From: an uncultured virus (IMG/VR IMGVR_UViG_3300002294_000003)
Taxonomy: Duplodnaviria > Heunggongvirae > Uroviricota > Caudoviricetes
IMG/VR virus record: IMGVR_UViG_3300002294_000003
Span: 56,437-76,436 of that record
Reading direction: 5' to 3' (one strand)
Length of the DNA: 20,000 nucleotides
Both the position numbers and the translations under genes were made by a program. The notes under the pieces were generated by a model that did no database searches, had not been told where the DNA came from, and was given only the letters and a program-made list of their open reading frames with translations. Below are positions 1-10,300 of this stretch, piece by piece (position 1 is the first letter of the stretch; each line of letters begins with the position of its first letter).

Positions 1-724
1 TTTTTAATATTTGGACTTTCCATTTTACTGGAGTAGTTTGATTCTGATTTCCATAAAATGGATCTGAAAATGAGCCAGCATTATTAACAAAAGGTCCAAG
101 ATCAATCTCTCCAACATTTGTTTGCATTTTTACAATAATTCTATTGGATGGCACAATATTCTTATATACAACAAATGGTGATGCGTCATCAATAAAGTGT
201 TGTCCATTAATTAATTTATTTGCTATTCCACGCTCAATGCCATCTTCCGTCCTGTATGAGGACCAGTATTTAAATGAATCATCTTTGTGTGCCATATAAT
301 ATCTAGGTCGTCTAATCATATTAATATTTGTAAAATGACTAAAACTATCTTTGAAATATCTAAGCTTATTTATTCCAGATCTTGGTCTAAATTTTCCAAA
401 ACAATCTTCTAAAGAATATAATAGTTTTTCTTTTTGTTTTTTAGACGTAAACGTTAGTGGTATACCTTCATCATCTAACCCACCATCAATAACTACATCA
501 GCGTCAGTGGCATTAGTATAAAAATTACCGTTATCAATTTCATCAAATGCAGACACTGGAAGTCCGTACTTTGTAGACGGCCCCTCTGATGGGCGGTATC
601 TATAATTACCAATCTTTAAAATATTTTCTGCAATGTTCATATTCCATTCAGCAATGACTGCAGAATTGGTTCTAATTACAGAAGATGTTTGTAGATGGTC
701 TAAAAGTTCTTCATTTTGAAACAT
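1..724 (-). CDS. Minor tail / baseplate-hub-like protein, 5' part (runs off the window)
   Basis: ATG at 724-722 directly follows the TAA of the upstream gene, with GGAAGAGG upstream. The frame reads MFQNEELLDHLQTSSVIRTNSAVIAEWNMN... and stays open to the window edge. Its position two genes after the TMP fits a tail-tip protein. Confidence 0.65.
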   Translation of the reverse strand, partial: MFQNEELLDHLQTSSVIRTNSAVIAEWNMNIAENILKIGNYRYRPSEGPSTKYGLPVSAFDEIDNGNFYTNATDADVVIDGGLDDEGIPLTFTSKKQKEKLLYSLEDCFGKFRPRSGINKLRYFKDSFSHFTNINMIRRPRYYMAHKDDSFKYWSSYRTEDGIERGIANKLINGQHFIDDASPFVVYKNIVPSNRIIVKMQTNVGEIDLGPFVNNAGSFSDPFYGNQNQTTPVKWKVQILK

Positions 725-1366
725 TTAAACCTCTTCCAGCGTTACCGAAATATTCCAAAAGTCATGTGTTGTGCCACCACGCTTAACAACACTATAGGAA
801 AAGTCAGATATAAACATTTCTATTAACTGATTGTATTTTCCTAGATGAGCGTAGGCTGCATCATCATCTCCAAAAACAGAATACTTATCATAAGCAAGAA
901 ATACCCAGAATGATCCTTTATGATTTTCATACCAATTTACTAAGTCTACTCCGCCAGCTCCGCCATCAGTAGTATACTCAAAATCTCTATCATTATAATA
1001 TTCTGATTTTCCAGTTGCCTGAACAAAGTCTGGCCTTAACTTATAAGATCTAGATGGAAGCATATCCCAGGATGTAGAAATAGTTAGCTTATCTGCAATG
1101 TGATACGATCTCATACGACCATTAACCATTCTTCTACGATTTTCGATTCTAGTTGGGCTAAACTCAATTGGCCTTCTATTATCATCAGATAAAATTAAAA
1201 ACTCATCCAATAATGATTCATCTGTAACAGCTCCTGGATCTGATCCAATTTCTAATCCATTGGGTATATAAAAGCCATTTGAAAGGGTTCCAGAGTTGTT
1301 GGACCAAAGCATAGCCTGTGGTCGCTGATATTTTTTACGACCTGCCATATATGCTGATGTAGCCAT
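725..1366 (-). CDS. Putative distal tail (Dit-like) / minor tail protein, 213 aa
   Basis: Directly downstream of the TMP with a TAATG overlap. Size and the beta-rich pattern (RRRMVNGRMRSYHIADKLTISTSWDML...FWNISVTLEEV) fit tail-tube-fold distal tail proteins. The call rests mainly on synteny. Confidence 0.55.
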   Translation of the reverse strand: MATSAYMAGRKKYQRPQAMLWSNNSGTLSNGFYIPNGLEIGSDPGAVTDESLLDEFLILSDDNRRPIEFSPTRIENRRRMVNGRMRSYHIADKLTISTSWDMLPSRSYKLRPDFVQATGKSEYYNDRDFEYTTDGGAGGVDLVNWYENHKGSFWVFLAYDKYSVFGDDDAAYAHLGKYNQLIEMFISDFSYSVVKRGGTTHDFWNISVTLEEV

Positions 1367-4300
1367 TAGAACCTATTCCCCCTAATTCTTTGGGACTCAA
1401 TCTGTCTTATTTGTCCAATAACTGCCCTGGCAATTTGATCAGGGTTTGCGTCAGTTTGGACATTAACACTTACCTCATAATTATACACTGAGTCACCCTT
1501 GTATGTGCCACTATTTATGGCCTTTAGCCTATCTACGCCAAATTTATCTACGGCATATTTACGAACTACAAATTCTCCAGGAGTAAGCATTGCTGGAATA
1601 GTGTCTGTTCCCAATGGCTTAAATATTGAACCACCCTCAGCTTTATATGGTAATAGACCTCCCATTCTTAGATATTTTGGAACCATACCACCTTTAGCCA
1701 TCATCATTTGGGCTGGACCACCACCACCTCCACCAGAACCACCCATAGGAGCTGCATTAAATTGTGCCCTCAGTGCTTTCTCTTCAGCAAGATATTGATT
1801 TAATTTATCTGTTGCATTTGCAGCTTCTAAACGTTTTCCAGCTTTTTTCATTTTAGCTATGTAGGCCTCGGCATTTTTAATTTTTATATAAAGTGCGTCA
1901 AGTTGTTTACGAAGCTCTTCTCGTGATGGGCCAGTGTATATGCTATCTTCAGGATTTTCATTTGTATTTGGCTCTTCGCTGCTAGGGCTTTCTGGTGGGG
2001 TTAGACCTTGTTTAAATTCTTCTATATTAAATGGTAGCAGCTTGCCATCTGGACCAAAAGTAAATCCCTTTATTGATGACAGAATTGCAACAACAGAATC
2101 ATTAAATGCCTTTGACTCAACAGTAGCCTTATTTGCAGCTATTGCAATTTTGTCCCACTCAGCTTTTGTCTTTCCAAGGTATCCATTTTCACCAATTGCT
2201 TCCAAAGCAAGATCTCTTTGTATTTCATATTCTCTTACAAGCTTTTGATTTGGCTCAAGCCTTTGTTCTTCAATCTTAGCAATTTCGAACTGCAATGTCT
2301 TTATTTCTTCCTCAATCTGTTTTCTAGTGAGAAGTTTTCCATTAAGTGATACCGCTAACGCATCAAGCCTTCTTTGTCTATCTTCTTCAAGAAGATTCCT
2401 TTGTGACTGAATACTGTCAGATGCTGCCTGGGATCTAATCTCTTGAACTGCCCGTGCTGCTGCTGAAATATCTCCCTGGCTAAGTGCATCTGCTAATGCT
2501 AACTGAGACTTTTGCTGTGCAGCAATAGAGTCATTAGCTCGCTCAATTTTATCTAAAGCTTCTAACTTTCTATCATATTCATCATTAATTTTGCTTTCTT
2601 GATCTTCAATTAATGTTAGCTGATAGTTAAGATCGTCAATCTTGTCTTGATAATTAACTATGTCTTGTTCTGCTGCACGAATTAATTTTGCAATTGGGTC
2701 AATCTTGTCTTGGAAGTCTCTTTCTACAGCCTGCTCTTGAGCTTGGAAATATTGATCTGCAAGATCTAATGCCCCTAAAACCTTATCTAGCTCACCCCTT
2801 AAGAATGCCTGCATTCCTTCTGGGGTAGACCTTGCAAATTTTTCATTTTCTTGCCTAAGTGTTTCAGTCCACTTAATTAAATCTTGAATTTCACCAGATG
2901 TTCCTCTGGTAACTATTGCATATGCAAGAGATGCATCTTTGGCCATTTCAAAAGCTTCTTTAGCCGACATTCCATAGTCTTTGGTTAATATTTCCATTGC
3001 TCGCATTTGCATTCTAACGTCTGCTACGCCAGAAGCAATATTAAATTGAGCATCACCAAGTGTTATTTCAGACATGGCAGCATTAAGGTCTTTTCCTGCT
3101 TGAGTAACCTTTATGATTCCATTTTTAATAGATACAAATTTAGACCTTGTTGCCTCATCCATTGACATTACAGCATCAATAAATTGTTTGCTATATCCAG
3201 CAAATAATAGTTTTTGGTCAGTGCCACGGAAAAGTGTAGATGTTGCTGAGCCAGGCTTCATTAAAATATTAAATCTTTTAATTAATTCATCCACAGTTCC
3301 TGTGGTATCAATTGCTGCATTGCGAATACGTTTTAACCTATCTGCATATTGCTTTAGCACATTTTCTGGGGTTCCTGTGTCTCCACCAGGGGGTGTTCCC
3401 TCACCTGGGTCATCATTATCGCCGCCGCTGCCCTGTCCAAAGAAATAGGCTCGCATCTTTGCTCTTTCATCTTCATCTATAAACCCTACTGGACCATCTG
3501 GGGTATTAATAAGTGGTCCACCCTCCATAAATTTAGCGTATTCTTTTGGATTATTTGCTAAATAAAAAGCTTGAATTGCAGCATCGCTAGCATTTCCAAT
3601 TAAGAAATCGACCATGACCTGATAATTAAGCTTATTCGTTCCATTTGTAAGAACATCCCAATTATCCAACATATATTGAAGCTCTTCTATTGCCTTTGCA
3701 CTAAGTGGCTTTCCGTCTGCCCCCTCACCCTCTTTTAGATACTGAGTAAGTATTTTTCTTGTAATTGGCTTACCAGTATCTAAATTCTCTGTTTCCTTAA
3801 TAAATTTTCCGACTTCTTCTATGTTTTCTACTGTTGGCTTAACAACAAGACCATACTCTCCAGCCATTCCGACAATCTGAGAAATAGCTTCTAAATCAGT
3901 ATCAAAATCTTGTTTATTAGACATTGTATAATTCATTATTACATCAACCTCTGTTGCTGTTAGGTTGGAGGAGCTTAAAATTTGCATAAGCTGGTTGGCT
4001 TTTGCAGTTCCTTCTGCTCTTACAAGTAACTTAAAGCTTTTCTCAATCTCTCCATTGGACTCTTTATTTAAATTAATTAAATTAGTAACTGTGGTTGCAT
4101 CAAATTCTTCAGACAATAGCCCAAGCTGTAAGCTAATTTTAAAATCACTGTCTTCCATCCCCTTTAGTGCTGACTTTGCAATTTCAAGTTGATCTTTAAC
4201 TATTTGTGGAGCATTTTCTGCTCTATAATCTAAAGCTTGCTCAAATGTTGCTTGAAAATTTTCTGGGCCTAATTGTTTGGCTTGTTTTATTAAATTATTA

Positions 4301-7300
4301 TAAATTTCATCATTTTTCCCTTTAAGCTTTACAAGGGCATTATCTCTTTCTATAATTTTAGAATTTATTTTATCTTCTATTTCTAAACGTTCTTTATCTG
4401 TTTTTGCAGATTCTTTTTTAGCTTCTAGTTCATCAATTTGGGTATTATATCTACTTTCTACTGAATCCAGCAGCCCTTGATTTTGTCGAATCTGCTCTGT
4501 TCCAGCAATAATTGCAATAGCTGCAGCTTTTGCATTTTCAATCCCATCTGCAACCCCCTCATTAATTCCAGATGCAACCATAGTTCCTATTCCAGCTGCA
4601 CTAATTGCAAGACCTAATGGTGCAAGGAATCCTGTGGCAACCATAACTGCACCAGCGGCAGTCATAATGCCGCCGCCAATTAAGTTTCCAATAGTTCCAC
4701 CATGTATAGCTGCATTATCTTCTATTTTTTGAATTGCATTTTCATAGGACTTTTCTTGCTCTCTGCCAGATTGCTCTTGGATAGCAATTGCAATTTCTAG
4801 AGGATCTTTTAGTAAATTTTGACCATTTGGTCCAAATAAAGCAGCTAGTTGACCTGTTACTTTTGTTGTAATTGAAAAATCTTTTAATTCAGTACTAAGT
4901 GCGGCACCAATGCTTGCTGCCTGCTGTTGAGATAATGCACCCTGAAGAACTGCATAAGATAATTGATTGGCTATATTTGATGCTCTATTGCCAGGCATAT
5001 TTGAAACATCTGCTAGCATTTGTTTGCCAATGTCTGATTCTAAAAATGTTTGACCAAATTGACGTTTTATAGATCCTTGACCAGTTAATTGATCTTCTCT
5101 CTTTCGCTCTGCTAGTTCAGACGCAGTGACCTTGCCAGAAAATTCAGAAATCTTTTGTAGTTTTTCTGCAGTCATAGTCATTGCCTCTGCAGTTTTTATT
5201 CCTTCTTTGCGAGCATTTTTTAGTTGTTCTTGTAAGAAGAACATAGCTCCAGCAAATAATGCAAGAACAGCGATGACTTTGCCAATTGGATTTGCAAGCA
5301 TTGGCAAAAGCATAGGGGCTAGCATTAATGGCATGGAGAGTGCCCCAGCTATTTGAGAACCTGGCTGTCCAGACATTCCATATGCCATTGCACCCATACC
5401 AAGCACAGAAAGGCCCATGCCAGCTCCAGCACCAGGCATTCTTGGGGCTGCAGCTTGGTTGACATTTGCCTGTGCTGTTCTTGCAGTCTCTACAGAAACT
5501 CTTCCCTGACCAGGAATGTACCCATATTGTATACCACGCTTATCTGTCCTTATTTCTGCACCAGTACCTGCTTCAAAAGTTCTTCCTCCAGTAGTTGCAA
5601 TATCATTGCCAAAAGTTTTTGCTGCCCAAGCTGCTAAAACTGGAGAATTGTTAGCTGCAGCAATAGCCCTTTGCCCAGTTGATTTGGCAACTTTAGAAAC
5701 AAATGCTCCAGCTTTTTTAAGATTTTCCGATACGCCTGCCTTTGCAGTTTGTTTTGCAAGTTCTTGTGAATTAGCAATATTAACATCTGCTGGTGTTCTA
5801 AATCCCATTTTAGCTGCAACACTTGGAGGCAAACCATCGTTATATCCAGGTACGCTATCATTAATCATTGCTTGAACTAATGGGGCATATTTAGCTGATT
5901 GTCTAGCAGGAATTACTGATTCCCCTGGAGAAAGCATTGCAGGGACTATGTCGCCTGCACCCTTTGGCCCTGGAACTGAAAACACACCGTTTGCTGCTTT
6001 AAGAACTCCACTAGATCCGAACAATTGTGCAATGCCAGCAAGTCCTATTAGTGGCAATAGCATCCTTGTTAGTGATCCAACAGAAAATCCTTTACGGCGA
6101 AGAAAAGCTTGAGAAGTTATATCGTCTATATTTGTAAATGAATTTTTTGGACTTACCTTTTTTCTTTCTACAGGTGTCTTTACTGGATATGGCAGACTAG
6201 TCTTTGGCTTTATATCAGGAACTGGACCAGAAATAAACCTATTAAGCACATCTCTTTTTTGTGATGGAGTTAGTCCACGAAGATCTTCTATTAGTTGATT
6301 TAAGGTAGCAATTCTTTGATTTCTGCCTCCAGGCATATTTGCTATATATTGCTGTATTTGCCCCTTCATATCTCTAGGAACCTGTATATTAGATTGACTT
6401 ACATAATATTTGTCAACCTTATCTAGAATTCCTGGGAAAATAGCTTCAAGCCTTGAGTCCCCTCTTTCTCTTAATTTTTGCAATAACTTTTGATAAGATT
6501 TTTCTTTAAGAATTGAGCTTCCTCTTGAGTATCCAGAGCCGCCTGCTTTATTGTAACCAATTGTCATTGGGAAATTGCTTTCCATATTAATTCGTTGTAT
6601 AAGCCTTCTCATGCCTGGATCTTTAATTGACATTTCAGCTTTGCGTTCAGCTGCCTGGAAAGCTGGGTACATTGATTCATTTGTTAATTCTGTTGCTCCA
6701 GCATTCATTTGTGCTTTTATTGAAGATAACACTGATTTTCTATAGGTTAAAATATATCTTCTTAATACTTTATTTGGGATATTGGCATCATCAGGAATCC
6801 TTGTCAAAATCCCAGAACCTATTAATCCTTTTGGCATTCTAGAAAAATCTTTCATGTATTCTTTAATAGGTATTTTTGTTGTATCAAATTCTGGATTAAG
6901 AGTTTTTGGTAAAAATTCAACCTTGTCTCTATAGCTAGCAAAAACTTCTGCTTTTTGTTTTGTCTGATAGGTATCTAATAGATTAACTAACTTAGATTGT
7001 GCCTGCCTTTCTTCTGCCTGACTAATAAATCCAGTTCTACGCATATCTGCCAAATGCATTCGCATAGTTCTTTCAAAATCTTGGCGATTTTGTCCTAACA
7101 CCCCAGCCTGCTCCATATGAGCCGCCGTCAAGTATGTGCTTTTATCAAAATATAATGGTGGATCTCTTCTTGCTTTAGATTGTGTTTGGTCTTTAACAGC
7201 AGTGCCAACTAAGCCGTCACTAGAACTATTATTTAGCCAAACCCTTCTATTTCCAATTTTAACTGGTGGCATCGTATATTTGCCAGCCTTTGGACCATAT

Positions 7301-10300
7301 TTGGCTGTAAATGGAAGTCTTTCTTCATACATTTTTTTACCATAAACTAGCTTTTGAAGTCTTTGCATCATGGAAAATCTTGGCATTCCTACTGGAATTT
7401 TAAGTCCATTGGCCTGCAATATTCTTTGAATTTGTGGAATTAGAGCTGGTTCTGTAGCAACAATTCTTCTAACATCTTTTAGAGTAAATCCTCCCATAAT
7501 CTGGGCCTCAAAGAAGTCTTTATCCTTTGATGTGTAAGCACCTTTTATTTTTCTTGCACTTAATGTGCCAAAAGGTGCTGGCGTTGCATACTCATTATTG
7601 CGAGACTGATAGCTGTCTCCAAAAGTAAATGTTGTACGCTTTCCAACTTTTCTCTTGTTTAAAAGCATAGCAATATTGCCATAATTAAATGTTTTTGGAT
7701 TCATTAGTGATCCAGTAGAACCAAATATATGTCTTAACTCACTGCCACGTGTTGATGACCCAGCCCTTCCAAAAAGCTTATTAGCTAATCTTGTCCTAAG
7801 TGGAAGTCTTGGATCATAAAGCCCTCTTTCTTTTTTATATAAGTACCCATAAACTGGACGCATTGATGGATCAATATTTTCTGGAAGACCAAAAATCTTT
7901 GCCTCTGCCTGTGCTCTTTTAGCTGTGGTATCTCCTGCTTTACTAAAACCTGTTTCAAAAAGACTCTTATATCTTTGGCCTGGGGTAGAAGCAAGCTCAC
8001 TAAACTTATCCATTGGCATTCTTACTGCAATATTTGGACGAGACCTTAAAAATCTACGAGCTGCCATCCCTTCGTATTCTGTAAGTGATTTTCCTCTGCC
8101 CAAAATAAAGTTTAAAACTGTTCCAATTGGATTATTTTGATTTTTTCTTAATAATCCTGCAAATGGATTACGACCAACACTATATCCAGGAATATTGTCA
8201 TCTATCATACCCTGGATTAAACCAGCATATTTTTGTGATTGTTTGGTTGGAATAACTGCTTCTCCAGGAGATAGCATGGCTGGGACAACGTCCCCTGCAC
8301 CTTTTGGACCTGGAACAGAAACAATTCCCCTTGCTAATTTTTTAGGCGGTCTTGCTTTTGGACCAGCACCAAGTGGCACTCCAGTCACTGGATCAACACC
8401 GAGAAGTCTGGACTGCTGAAGAATTGCTTTACCATATGAAATTGCTAACTTATCTATAGCTGCCGCCTCAGAAGTAAATGTTTGAATTAACTTAGAGTGT
8501 GTTTGATTAAGAGATGCTGCTACAGCTGCAGCTTCTAGTTGCTGCTGGGTCATATATTCTGTTGATATGCCCAAGTCTTTAGAGTTTTTTCCAACTCCAG
8601 TAAATATTCTTGCTAAATTGGCAAAAAGCTTAATAATGTTTGCAGCACCATTAGCAATAAGACCAAACATCATCAAAAATACTGGACCTATACCTGCCAC
8701 AACTGTAGCTGCTATTACTGCAAACTGTTTAGCCCCTTCGCTCATATTATTAAAGTTTTTAAGAACATCCGTTCCAAACTCAAGCAATGGTGTTATTGCC
8801 TTTAAAAATTGCTCTCCTAATGGGGCTAGTGCAGCCTGGAATTTTTCAAGTTGTTTTTGAAACTTAAATAATGGGGACTCTTCAACACGCTTTAATTCTC
8901 GTTCTGCAATAATGGCCAACTCCCCAGCATCTTTGCTAGCTAGTGCCAAAACTTTTGATGCCTGAGTTCCTTCTTTTACAACATTCTGAAACAACGTTGA
9001 GAGCCTAGAAAACTGGAATTTTCCAAATAACTGCTCTATAGCTCTTGCACGGCTAAGTGGATCTAGGGTATCAAGTGCTTTAGCAAAGTCAATAACAATG
9101 CCAGTAACATTTCCTTTATTCACTTCAACAATTTGTCTAAGATTAATTCCAAATCCTTGAAGCATCGCTGCTGCTTTATCGGTTGGATTAATTAAAGATG
9201 CAAGACCAGACTTTAGTGCGTTAGCACCTTCTGATGCATTAATGCCGCCCTCTTTCATGGCTGTTAGGAAGAATGCCAAGTCTTCCACATCTCCACCCAG
9301 CTGCTTAACTACTGGACCAGCTTTTGGAATAGCAATAGTTAAATCTTGAATTGCAGTCACGGTTTCGTTTTCAACTGCGTTTAAAAAGTTTATTTTTTCA
9401 GCCAGGTCTTCTGCTGCTGTTCCAAATGCATTTGTAACAGAAATTGTAGCTGCCATAGCCTCTTGCTGTTCTACCTCACCAAGGACTGCAAGCCTAGTAG
9501 CCTCTGTTACCTGTGCACGTAAATCTGCACCCTTAAGACCCATCTGGGCAACATCGGCTGCTAACTCTAAAGTTTTATTTACTTCAATACCGTATTTTGT
9601 AAATTCATCTGCAAGCTGTTTCATGTTTTCTAAAGCTTTGTCTGTTTCTGCTTGAGTTGAAAAAGCATCTCCATAAACACGCTTGAATCTAATGGCTTGT
9701 TCTTCTATTTTTCTAAATTCTCTAGCAGCAGCTGCACCCATATAAGCAAGTGGAATAGAAAAACCAACCATAAGCTGACGACCAGCCCACTGGGTATTTT
9801 TACCAAAATTTAAAAGATTTGTAGAGCCTTGCTTAAGAAGTTGATTAAATAATTGCTGCCTTTGAGCTGCAAGAGCTGTTTTGGTTGCAAGGCTTTCCAT
9901 ATCTAAAGCTAAAGGTCGTACCGAAATGGCCTTCATAGCACCATTAGCGTCACGACCTAGCTTTATATACTGAGTCTGAAGAGTTTTTACTCTTTCACGA
10001 GCAACTTTTTCAATAGTGGCAAATTCATTTTTGAATAATCTGCCAAATGTTTTTGTAGAGGCACCAGCATATCTAAAATACTCCCCCATAGAGAGTTTAT
10101 TTCTTTCAAGAGCAGTTGTAAATGATTCTGCCGTTGTAGAAATTGTTCTTACATTTGCTGCAAACTTTCCAGTAGAATTAATATTTTTAATTAAATCTCT
10201 TTGAATATTTTGTGCAGATTGTGCCTGCTGGGCACCACTTTTGATTAGCTGAGTATTTAGCTGAGATATTTGTCTTTGCAGCTGCTTAATTTCTGCAATA

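Noticed and set aside
1710..1750. (CCA)n-like repeat
   Set aside because: It encodes a Gly-rich linker (GGSGGGGGG) in the TMP and is not an independent repeat element.
5842..8328. The repeat pair as DGR template/variable repeats, an intein or a mobile element
   Set aside because: Differences are largely synonymous or conservative and not adenine-specific. There is no reverse transcriptase, no intein splice motifs, and no transposase or terminal inverted repeats.
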